From NCBI GenBank assembly GCA_964621185.1, contig CAZULM010000029.1, forward strand, positions 987-64,986: a stretch of 64,000 nucleotides of DNA, in the 5' to 3' direction. Source of the stretch: an uncultured Saprospiraceae bacterium (GTDB lineage: Bacteria; Bacteroidota; Bacteroidia; Chitinophagales; Saprospiraceae). A program made the translations under genes and the position numbers. Below are positions 1 to 8,101 of the stretch, one piece after another (the stretch's first letter is position 1; every line of letters starts with the position of its first letter). The notes under the pieces were generated by a model. It had not been told where the DNA came from, ran no database searches, and was given only the letters and a program-made list of their open reading frames with translations.

Positions 1-3000
1 CTGAACCTCTGCATCAAGGCAAGGCTCTACGTGCCGGGCAAGATGCCGGGCAAAGTGGTCACCAAGACCTATTTTATCAATGAAAACAAGCAACTGCCCG
101 TGCTTGCCATCAGCGCCAACGCAGCCGATCTCTACGGCTTTGATTTTGGCATCCTGCAAAATGCCATCAAAGACCGGGAAGTGCCCGCCACGATCGAGTA
201 TTTTGAGCCGGGCACAGGCGAGCGGGCGTTCCGCGCCGGCGTAGGTTTGCGGGTGTTCGGCACTTCGATTTACAACCTGCCGCAGCGCCCCATTTCCGTG
301 CGTTTCAAGGAAAAATTTGGCGACGAAACCCTGGATTACCCGCTGTTCGAGAGCAAACCCATTCCGCGGTATACCGCTTTTTTGCTCCGCAACGGCGGCA
401 ACGACTACAATACCGCCTTCTTCCGCGACGGGTTGGGCGTAAACCTCGTGAAAGGCAAAATGGACCTCGACTACCAGGACTACAAACCCTGTATCGTGTT
501 CATCAACGGCGCGTACAACGGCATCTACGAAATCCGGGAACGCCTCGATGAACAGTATATCGGGAGCAACCACGAAATCAACCCCGACAACCTCGACCTG
601 CTCGAAGACAGCCTGCAGGTGGTGGCAGGCGACCAGTACCATTTTCTGGCGCTGATGGATTTTGTCCGGAAAAATGACTTGAGCGATGCTGCCAATTTTG
701 CCAAAATCGCGGCGCTGGTCGATGTTGACGAACTTACCAACTACCTGATCCTCAGGTCTTTCATCGGCTACCAGATCGCCGACCTCAACAACCGCTACTG
801 GCGCAGCCGGGATGCCGGGGCCAACGGAAAATGGCGCTGGATCGCCGCCGACCTCGAACACGCTTTCGGGCTGCTCGGCGGCGACCCTGTTTCCGAAAAC
901 ACCATCGCCAAACTCGCCGGGCTGTCGGGCGACTTGCCCGACTGGTCAACCCTGCTATTCAATCGCCTGCTGCAGAACCCCGATTTCCGCGACGGCTTCA
1001 TCCAACGCTCGGCGGCCTACTTGAATACCATTTTCCAGCCCGGCGAAACCATCGCAACCGTGGACAGCATGTACAACCTGCTGGAAAGCCAGATGCCGCG
1101 ACATATCGGCCGCTGGAACTCCCCGCCGTCGAAACAGGCCTGGCAAGGCAACGTCAACCTCATCAAAACTTTTTTGGCAGACAGGCCAAGCCACTACCGC
1201 CGGCACCTGACCGCGCTTTTTGGCGAGCCCGACAGCGCATTGGTTTCCATGGAAATCATCGGGCAGGGCACGGTGTTGGTCAGCGGCGTGTCTTTTTCTG
1301 AAAACATGGACGGCCATTTTTTCAAAAACACTCGAATCCACCTGCAAGCCGTCCCTGCCCCCGGACACCGTTTTGTTGCCTGGCAGGGCCTGGGCGGCAC
1401 GGGCGAAAACACCTGGATCAGCCCCGCTGGCGACACCGCTTTCGCCGCTGTATTTGTGCCAATGGCGAACATAAGCACCATTCCGGCCATCATCCAGGCC
1501 GACACCACCCTGGCCGCGGCTGCCTCGCCGTGGTACGGATTTGAGGACGTGCGGGTGCTGCCCGGCGCCCGGCTGACCGTGGAAGCTGGGGCAACGCTTC
1601 TGCTGACAGACGGAGTTTGTATTGAGGTGCAGGGCGGGCTGGCCTTGAGCGGGTCGCCCGACCGGCGCATCAGCATCCTCCCCGACCCTGCGCCTTCTGC
1701 GCGACGCTCTTTTTTCGGGCAATCGGGGCGTTGGGGCTGCATTTCGGCGGAGGCTCCGACCGACAGCCTCATCATTTCCTTCGCCGATTTGAGGGGCGGC
1801 AGTTTCGGGCGGGACAGGAGCCGGCATTTTTCCAGCATTTCCACTTACGATTGCCCGCTGTTGCTTGAACAGGCCACCATTGCCGAAGGTATGGCGCCCT
1901 TGATCGCAAGGGGGGGCAGCGTCCACATTTCCCATTCCGAGTTCCATACGGATGGGCGCGCGAACGGCTTTATCAGCCTCTACGACATGGACAGCCCGCG
2001 CATCGAAAATTGTATTTTCAAAGGGAACCGTGCCGCCAACACCGACGCCATCGACCTCAAGGGCATCAGCAACGGCGTGGTGGCGCACAACGTTGTATAT
2101 GGCTTCCTCGGCTCCAATTGCGACGGGATCGACCTCGGCATTCGTTCGCAAAACATCGTGCTGGAGCACAACATCATCCACGACTGCTCCGACAAGGGCA
2201 TTTCGATTGGCTCGCAATCCAACGCGCTCATACGCCGCAACCTCATTTACGACTGCGACCTCGGCGTGGCGGTGAAGGACAGCCAGGCCGTAGCCTTTAT
2301 TGACCAAAACACCTTCTATGGCAACCGCCATGCGGTGGCTTGTTATGAAAAAAGTGCGCTCCGGGGTGGCGGCAGGGCCCTTGTGAAAAACTCGATTTTG
2401 TCCGCCTCGACCGAGTCCAGCATTTTTTTTGATGAAAAATCGGCGATACAGGTCAGTTATTCGCTGTCCGACCGGGAGCCCCTGGCCGGCACGGGCAACC
2501 TGTTCGGCGACCCTCAACTGGCTCATCCAAGTACCGGAAATTTTGAGCTTGCCGCCAATTCGCCCTGTATTGACGCCGGCGACCCTTTTTCGCCAGGCGA
2601 CCCCGACGGCAGCCCCGCCGACATGGGCGCCTACTACACGCACACGGGCATCTACGGGCTGAGCCTGCACGTCAACGAGTTCAATTACCACCCGCCATTC
2701 AATTACCCAAGCGGCGATTGGGTGGAACTGTACAACAGCACCGACCAAGCGATTGAGCTGACGGGCTGGCGCTTGACACACGGCCTGCGTGAGTTTGTTT
2801 TTGCTGAAAATACGCTGATCGCTCCGGGCGGTTACCTCGTCGTTTGCCAGGACAGCATGTTGTTCAAAACCTTCCACCCGGATGCGGGCGCGATTGTTGG
2901 GGATTTTCATTTCGACCTGAACAACAAATCCGGGAAAATCGCCCTGAACGAGCCCTCGGGCAGACTTGTCCACAGCGTTCGTTATGCCGATTACCGCCCC

Positions 3001-3849
3001 TGGCCCCCGCTTGCCGACGGGCAGGGGGCGACAGTCGAGCTCGGACAAGGCAAAGAGGGCAACAGGCCCGCCGATTGGCGCGAAAGCCATGTGTTGCTTG
3101 GCACGCCGGGCAAGGCAAACAGCATACCGCGGGATGTTTCAGGCTTGTTTGTCAATGAAATACTCGCCTCCAACACCCAGACACTGCCCGACGAACACGG
3201 CGCGTACAACGACTGGTTCGAGTTGTACAACGCTTCCGACGACACTTTGAACATCGGTGGGCTGTGTTTCAGCGACGACCCGGGCCAGCCAATAAAATGG
3301 CAGGTTCCCCTTCATTTCCCCGAACGGACCACCCTTCCACCCCACGGATTTCTATTGATTTGGGCGGACGGGCAACCGGATCATGGGCCACTCCATGCCG
3401 ATTTCAAGTTGAGCGCCGGGGGAGAGATGGTAGCGATCTTTCAGCGGGAAGGAGCGGGCTACGCTGAGCGGGAGCGTCTCGTATTTGGCCAGCAAAGCCC
3501 GGATGTTTCGTGGGGGCGTTACCCGGATGGCGGTTTGGAGCAGGCTTTTATGCCGCCCACGCCAAGGGCGAGCAATGTCCCGTCAAGCGCGGGAGAACAG
3601 CCGGCACAGGCGTTGAAAATATTCCCGAACCCCTTTTCAACGCAGCTTTTTATCGATGCCCGGAAGGTTGAAAAACCCTATAGCATACAACTGCTGAACA
3701 TGCTTGGCGCGGTACTCGCAGCGCATAAAGACCTGCAGCTGGAAACGGCTGAGCTGCAACGCGGGGATCTGCCGGCAGGCTTTTATTGGGTTGTTGTGCT
3801 GGATGCGAAGGGGACACGGCATGTCGGGAAGGTGCTTGCTTTGGAGTGA
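1..3849 (+). CDS. CotH-family (atypical kinase-like) secreted protein with parallel beta-helix region, two lamin-tail-like (LTD) segments and a T9SS type-A C-terminal sorting domain; 5' end probably runs off the window
   Basis: Frame 1 is open from base 1 (LNLCIKARLYVPGK...), so the GTG at 31 in the ORF track is probably internal. CotH-like N-terminal part: YNLPQRPISVRFKEKFG, LLRNGGNDY, NRYWRS. Beta-helix repeats: NIVLEHNIIHDCSDKGISIG, NLIYDCDLGVAV. Two LTD-like segments: VNEFNYHP..DWVELYN and VNEILASN..DWFELYN. C-terminal tail KIFPNPFS...GFYWVVV...GKVLALE is typical of T9SS CTDs. Confidence 0.8.
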   Translation: MNLCIKARLYVPGKMPGKVVTKTYFINENKQLPVLAISANAADLYGFDFGILQNAIKDREVPATIEYFEPGTGERAFRAGVGLRVFGTSIYNLPQRPISVRFKEKFGDETLDYPLFESKPIPRYTAFLLRNGGNDYNTAFFRDGLGVNLVKGKMDLDYQDYKPCIVFINGAYNGIYEIRERLDEQYIGSNHEINPDNLDLLEDSLQVVAGDQYHFLALMDFVRKNDLSDAANFAKIAALVDVDELTNYLILRSFIGYQIADLNNRYWRSRDAGANGKWRWIAADLEHAFGLLGGDPVSENTIAKLAGLSGDLPDWSTLLFNRLLQNPDFRDGFIQRSAAYLNTIFQPGETIATVDSMYNLLESQMPRHIGRWNSPPSKQAWQGNVNLIKTFLADRPSHYRRHLTALFGEPDSALVSMEIIGQGTVLVSGVSFSENMDGHFFKNTRIHLQAVPAPGHRFVAWQGLGGTGENTWISPAGDTAFAAVFVPMANISTIPAIIQADTTLAAAASPWYGFEDVRVLPGARLTVEAGATLLLTDGVCIEVQGGLALSGSPDRRISILPDPAPSARRSFFGQSGRWGCISAEAPTDSLIISFADLRGGSFGRDRSRHFSSISTYDCPLLLEQATIAEGMAPLIARGGSVHISHSEFHTDGRANGFISLYDMDSPRIENCIFKGNRAANTDAIDLKGISNGVVAHNVVYGFLGSNCDGIDLGIRSQNIVLEHNIIHDCSDKGISIGSQSNALIRRNLIYDCDLGVAVKDSQAVAFIDQNTFYGNRHAVACYEKSALRGGGRALVKNSILSASTESSIFFDEKSAIQVSYSLSDREPLAGTGNLFGDPQLAHPSTGNFELAANSPCIDAGDPFSPGDPDGSPADMGAYYTHTGIYGLSLHVNEFNYHPPFNYPSGDWVELYNSTDQAIELTGWRLTHGLREFVFAENTLIAPGGYLVVCQDSMLFKTFHPDAGAIVGDFHFDLNNKSGKIALNEPSGRLVHSVRYADYRPWPPLADGQGATVELGQGKEGNRPADWRESHVLLGTPGKANSIPRDVSGLFVNEILASNTQTLPDEHGAYNDWFELYNASDDTLNIGGLCFSDDPGQPIKWQVPLHFPERTTLPPHGFLLIWADGQPDHGPLHADFKLSAGGEMVAIFQREGAGYAERERLVFGQQSPDVSWGRYPDGGLEQAFMPPTPRASNVPSSAGEQPAQALKIFPNPFSTQLFIDARKVEKPYSIQLLNMLGAVLAAHKDLQLETAELQRGDLPAGFYWVVVLDAKGTRHVGKVLALE

Positions 3850-3872
3850 GGCGGTCGGGGGGGGCATTTATA

Positions 3873-3975
3873 CCTCACGCCGCTTAGTTTTGTGCATACC
3901 GATCTTTGTAATCAATTGAAGATCAGCTGAATCAATCATACTCAATCACAAAAATCAGGCGAATCATAGTATATT
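3873..3975 (+). repeat. Copy 1 of a dispersed ~100-bp intergenic element (phased AATCA motifs)
   Basis: About 93% identical to 15212-15313 and 21257-21358, in the same orientation. Starts 24 nt after the CotH stop codon. No ORF. Confidence 0.85.
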
Positions 3976-4128
3976 AGCGGGAAAAAGCCTCCTCTACTTC
4001 GGGAGTGGGATATAAAACTGCATATTCCCGTTCGGGTAATACAGATAGTGGCCGCCTGTGAGGCCTGAGGTGCGCTTGAAGTATTTGGCGCTGGTGCCGC
4101 CGTCGGCTCAGCGAACCGCCAAAGTCTT

Positions 4129-4136
4129 TACTTTTG
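4129..4136 (+). promoter_or_regulatory. Candidate Bacteroidota sigma-A -7 box (TACTTTTG, matches TAnnTTTG)
   Basis: Exact TAnnTTTG match 47 nt upstream of the ATG at 4183. The same octamer recurs upstream of four other genes in the window. Confidence 0.45.
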
Positions 4137-4182
4137 TCACTTTTCGCTGCCTTTCAGTCAATAAACAAATGCTCATGAATTA

Positions 4183-5724
4183 ATGAAAAACTCCCTTTTA
4201 CTGCTTGGGCTTTGCGCCTTTTCCATTAGCGCCCAACCCACCATCCAATGGCAAAAAACCTTTGGCGGTAGTTATTTTGACGAAGCCTCCTGCATCCGCC
4301 CAACTACTGACGGGGGCTATGTTATTGCAGGCTGGACAGGCTCTAACAATGGCGATGTAACAGGCTTCCATGGTATTATTGATTTTTGGGTAATAAAAAT
4401 CGATGCTATCGGAAACGTGGAATGGTCAAAAGCGCTCGGCGGAAGTGATGATGACCGGGCATTCGCCATTCGTCAAACCTTGGACGGAGGGTTTATTGTA
4501 GTTGGATTTACCCAGTCAGATGACGGCGATGTTATTGATTTTCACGGTTATAAAGATGCATGGGTTGTAAAACTGAACAAATTCGGTGAAATAGTTTGGC
4601 AAAAAGCAGTTGGGGGCAGTGATTGGGACGAAGCTTGGTGTGTCGAATTAACCTCAGATGGGGGTTTTATTGTAGGCGGCAGATCAAGCTCTACGGACGG
4701 CGATGCAGCTGGGAACCCAGGCAATTTTTTGGATTATTGGATCGTAAAAATGAGCGGTAACGGCGATATTCAGTGGCAAAAATCCTTTGGCGGAAGCAAC
4801 GAGGAAACAGTCATTGCCATCCGCCAAACATCTGATGGCAGCTATATCCTGGCTGGTGAAACCCAATCCACAGATGGCGATGTACAAGGAAATAACGGCA
4901 ACGTAGATTTTTGGGCCGTAAAACTTAGAAGCACCGGCGACTTGGAATGGCAACACCCCCTCGGTGGTACCGGCTTGGATATCGGAACCGATATCATTGA
5001 AACCGTTGACGGATACATCGGATTTGGCTATGCCGGCTCCAACAACGGCGACATTACGGAGCACAAAGGCCTTTTCGACTACTGGGTCGTAAAGCTGAAA
5101 AAGACGGGTGAGCTTGTCTGGCAAAAAACAATCGGCGGCACCAATGATGATTATGCTAGAAGCCTCCTGGTCGAAAACGATGGCAGTCTTATCCTGGCTG
5201 GCACCACAAAATCCAAAGACGGCGACGTGCCATACCACAACGGCATCCAGGTGATGTGGGTGGTGAAAATGAGCCCAACAGGACAGATAATCTGGCAAAG
5301 GACCCTCGGCGGCACCCAGGGCGAAGCCTGTTATTCCATCCAAAAAACAAGCGATGGAGGCTATATCCTCGCCGGCTCGGCTTGGTCGAACGACGGCGAC
5401 GTCACGGGCGTGAAAGGCAAGTCGGATGTCTGGATCGTCAAGCTCGGCCCGGAAGCTCTGGGTGTCGGTAAAGCCCCACATGATGCCGCTACCGCACTCG
5501 GAATCTACCCCAACCCAGCCCGGCAAACAGTCACCCTGAAAGCCCCGAGCGATACCCCGAGCTTAGATTTTGTGATCTCCGACCTGCAAGGCAAGGAAAT
5601 GCGCCGGCAGCACATCCCGAACGGTGGCAGCGTCGATGTGTCCGCGTTCCCGAGCGGGATGTACCAGGTGCTGGCGCTCTCGCCTGCGGGAGAGCTGTAT
5701 TCCGGGATGATGCGGAAAGAATGA
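4183..5724 (+). CDS. Secreted beta-propeller-like repeat protein with T9SS type-A CTD (tandem paralog 1)
   Basis: Signal peptide MKNSLLLLGLCAFSISAQ. About 7-8 repeats of ~52 aa with the pattern W.K..GGS..D.A..I..T.DGG(Y/F)I..G.T.S.DGDV.G.HG..D.WV(V/I)K(L/I)...G...W. C-terminus IYPNPARQTVTLKAP...GMYQVLAL. Confidence 0.85.
   Translation: MKNSLLLLGLCAFSISAQPTIQWQKTFGGSYFDEASCIRPTTDGGYVIAGWTGSNNGDVTGFHGIIDFWVIKIDAIGNVEWSKALGGSDDDRAFAIRQTLDGGFIVVGFTQSDDGDVIDFHGYKDAWVVKLNKFGEIVWQKAVGGSDWDEAWCVELTSDGGFIVGGRSSSTDGDAAGNPGNFLDYWIVKMSGNGDIQWQKSFGGSNEETVIAIRQTSDGSYILAGETQSTDGDVQGNNGNVDFWAVKLRSTGDLEWQHPLGGTGLDIGTDIIETVDGYIGFGYAGSNNGDITEHKGLFDYWVVKLKKTGELVWQKTIGGTNDDYARSLLVENDGSLILAGTTKSKDGDVPYHNGIQVMWVVKMSPTGQIIWQRTLGGTQGEACYSIQKTSDGGYILAGSAWSNDGDVTGVKGKSDVWIVKLGPEALGVGKAPHDAATALGIYPNPARQTVTLKAPSDTPSLDFVISDLQGKEMRRQHIPNGGSVDVSAFPSGMYQVLALSPAGELYSGMMRKE
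5410..5690 (+). repeat. 281-bp block identical to 7170-7450 (3' CTD-encoding ends of the tandem paralogs)
   Basis: Base-by-base comparison at a fixed offset of 1760 shows no mismatch across the block. Identity falls to about 75-80% further 5'. Confidence 0.9.
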
Positions 5725-5730
5725 GGAGCC

Positions 5731-5854
5731 GAGTTTTTGTTTCTCACGACAAGAAAAGGTTTCTCACAACGGCACGACGACACAACGGAACTTCTTCCAA
5801 AGCGTTTATAATCAAACTGTTGTGTCGTTTTCTCGTTGTGTCGTCGTGAGAAAC
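5731..5854. repeat. REP-like module cluster: GTTTCTCAC(AACGGCAC)GACGACACAACG units in inverted orientation
   Basis: Left units lie at 5739-5788. The inverted unit cgttgtgtcgtcgtgagaaac lies at 5834-5854 and can pair with them (9 + 12 bp stems). Related units occur at 7491-7542 and 18551-18579. Confidence 0.6.
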
Positions 5855-5936
5855 TAAAACATTCAGGAATATCACCGCTCCTGTACCCAAATTGGCGACA
5901 TGGATTCACAGCGACCAACCATCAAACAGTTTATAA

Positions 5937-7484
5937 ATGAAAATTATTTGTTTTTGGCTTGCAACCTTGTTTTTCCCAATGGTGCTACTTGCACAACCCC
6001 CCATCAAATGGCAGAGAACCTTTGGCGGCACCTACTTCGATGTTGCACATTGCATCCGCCCAACTACCGATGGAGGCTATATCATAGCAGGCTGGACCGG
6101 GTCCAACAACGGTGATGTCACAGGCTTCCACGGAATCGCTGATTTTTGGGTAATAAAACTAAATGCTTTAGGCGAATTAGAATGGACAAAAACACTCGGC
6201 GGCAGCGACGACGACGAGGCATATGCCATTCGACAAACCAACGACGGAGGGTATATTGTCGCTGGTTTCACCCAATCTGACGATGGGGATGTTACGGGCT
6301 TTCACGGCGAACAGGATGTATGGGTAGTAAAACTGGATAAATTCGGGGAAATAATCTGGCAAAAAGCCATTGGGGGTTCTGGTAGCGATGAAGCTTGGTG
6401 CCTCGAACTAACCTTAGATGGAGGATGCATCGTGGGTGGTCGGTCAAGTTCCACGGATGGCGATGCAGAAGGGAATCCCGGCAACTACCTTGATCTCTGG
6501 GTGGTAAAAATGAACAGCGCCGGAGAAATCGAGTGGCAAAAATCCTTTGGTGGTAGCAGTGAGGAAACCGCAACTGCCATCCGACAAACATCAGATGGTG
6601 GTTATATCATCGCCGGGGAAACCCTTTCCTCAGATGGCGATATTCAAGAAAAAAATAACAATTTTGACTTTTGGGTTATCAAAATTAGAAGTACCGGAGA
6701 TATGGAATGGCAACACCTCTTTGGTGGTACTGGCTTAGACATTGGGTCAGATATTATTGAAACGGCAGACGGATACGTTGGATTTGGCCTGGCCGGCTCC
6801 AACAACGGCGACATTACCGAACACAAAGGTATCTTCGACTACTGGGTCGTCAAGCTGAAAAAAACCGGCGAGCTGATCTGGCAAAAAACAATCGGCGGCA
6901 CCAATGCCGACTACGGCAGGAGCTTCCTCATCGAGGATGACGGCAGCTTTATCCTGGCTGGCACCACAAAATCCAAAGACGGCGACGTACCCTACCACAA
7001 CGGCATCCAGGTGATGTGGGTAGTAAAAATGAGCCCAACAGGGCAGATAATCTGGCAAAAGACACTGGGCGGCACCCAGGGTGAAGCCTGCTATTCGGTC
7101 CAAAAAACAAGCGATGGCGGCTATATCCTCGCCGGCTCGGCTTGGTCGAACGACGGCGACGTCACGGGAGTGAAAGGCAAGTCGGATGTCTGGATCGTCA
7201 AGCTCGGCCCGGAAGCTCTGGGTGTCGGTAAAGCCCCACATGATGCCGCTACCGCACTCGGAATCTACCCCAACCCAGCCCGGCAAACAGTCACCCTGAA
7301 AGCCCCGAGCGATACCCCGAGCTTAGATTTTGTGATCTCCGACCTGCAAGGCAAGGAAATGCGCCGGCAGCACATCCCGAACGGTGGCAGCGTCGATGTG
7401 TCCGCGTTCCCGAGCGGGATGTACCAGGTGCTGGCGCTCTCGCCTGCGGGGGAGCTGTATGCAGGGATGATGCGGAAAGAATGA
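5937..7484 (+). CDS. Secreted beta-propeller-like repeat protein with T9SS type-A CTD (tandem paralog 2)
   Basis: Same architecture as 4183-5724. Signal peptide MKIICFWLATLFFPMVLLAQ. The C-terminal ~120 aa are almost identical to paralog 1. Confidence 0.85.
   Translation: MKIICFWLATLFFPMVLLAQPPIKWQRTFGGTYFDVAHCIRPTTDGGYIIAGWTGSNNGDVTGFHGIADFWVIKLNALGELEWTKTLGGSDDDEAYAIRQTNDGGYIVAGFTQSDDGDVTGFHGEQDVWVVKLDKFGEIIWQKAIGGSGSDEAWCLELTLDGGCIVGGRSSSTDGDAEGNPGNYLDLWVVKMNSAGEIEWQKSFGGSSEETATAIRQTSDGGYIIAGETLSSDGDIQEKNNNFDFWVIKIRSTGDMEWQHLFGGTGLDIGSDIIETADGYVGFGLAGSNNGDITEHKGIFDYWVVKLKKTGELIWQKTIGGTNADYGRSFLIEDDGSFILAGTTKSKDGDVPYHNGIQVMWVVKMSPTGQIIWQKTLGGTQGEACYSVQKTSDGGYILAGSAWSNDGDVTGVKGKSDVWIVKLGPEALGVGKAPHDAATALGIYPNPARQTVTLKAPSDTPSLDFVISDLQGKEMRRQHIPNGGSVDVSAFPSGMYQVLALSPAGELYAGMMRKE
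7170..7450 (+). repeat. 281-bp block identical to 5410-5690
   Basis: See the entry for 5410-5690. Confidence 0.9.
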
Positions 7485-7490
7485 GGCGTC

Positions 7491-7542
7491 GAGTTTTTGT
7501 TTCTCACGACGAGAAACAATAAGCCGTGTCGTCGCAAGAAAC
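7491..7542. repeat. REP-like module (gtttctcacgacgagaaac hairpin plus ccgtgtcgtcgcaagaaac)
   Basis: Begins with the same 20 nt (gagtttttgtttctcacgac) found after the stop codon of paralog 1 at 5731. Stem gtttctc/gagaaac. Confidence 0.55.
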
Positions 7543-7637
7543 AAGCCATGCCCTGGAAAGTATCGTGCAAACTTGCATTTTTGCATCTTGCTTTTTTGCA
7601 AATTTGCCAACTTGCCACATTTCCTAAAAAAAATTCC

Positions 7638-8087
7638 ATGCTCGCAAACTGGTTCTTCATACTCCTCGCACTCGTCGCCGGCACGCTCATGCCCACCCAA
7701 GCAGCGGTGAACAACAAACTGGCCACCTACGTCCATTCCCCGGTTTTGTCGGCCCTCATCTCCTTTTTGGTCGGCACCGTAGCGCTTCTGGTGTATATCC
7801 TGGCTGCAGGCATCCCATTGAACAACATGGCTGCGGCCAAAAACGCGCCTTGGATCACCTGGACGGGTGGGCTATACGGCGCCTTTTTTGTCACCGCCGT
7901 GGTGGTGCTGGTGCCGCGCCTGGGCGTTGCGCTCACGTTCAGCCTGCTTATCGCCGGACAGATGCTGGCCACTTTGCCGATTGACCATTATGGCTTTTTG
8001 GGCGCCACGGTGCGGGAAATAAGCCCTTCACGAATCCTGGGCGTGCTGTTTGTCATCATTGGCGTTGTGCTGATTCGCAAATATTGA
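7638..8087 (+). CDS. Small DMT-superfamily membrane protein (YdcZ/DUF606-like)
   Basis: 149 aa from the ATG at 7638 (MLANWFFILLALVAGTLMPTQAAVNNKLA...), with five hydrophobic segments. The ORF-track start at 7497 adds an implausible basic leader. Lies directly upstream of xdhA. Confidence 0.65.
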   Translation: MLANWFFILLALVAGTLMPTQAAVNNKLATYVHSPVLSALISFLVGTVALLVYILAAGIPLNNMAAAKNAPWITWTGGLYGAFFVTAVVVLVPRLGVALTFSLLIAGQMLATLPIDHYGFLGATVREISPSRILGVLFVIIGVVLIRKY

Positions 8088-8101
8088 CGTAAACTTGCAG
8101 T

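Noticed and set aside
955-3090. 711-aa minus-strand ORF inside the CotH gene
   Set aside because: It is fully antisense to a gene with clear domain signatures. The translation is R/A/G/V-rich with no recognisable motif, which is typical of shadow ORFs in GC-rich coding DNA.
3994-4107. 37-codon minus-strand open segment ADGGTSAKYFKRTSGLTGGHYLYYPNGNMQFYIPLPK*
   Set aside because: It has no start codon (an in-frame TGA lies immediately upstream) and is too short to evaluate. It may be the 3' relic of a lost gene, but that is not supportable from the sequence alone.
7560-7637. Clustered TTGCA/TGCAA motifs upstream of the DMT gene, considered as a purine-responsive operator or purine riboswitch
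   Set aside because: The region does not match the purine riboswitch core. The motif repeats are short and could be chance in an AT-rich promoter region.
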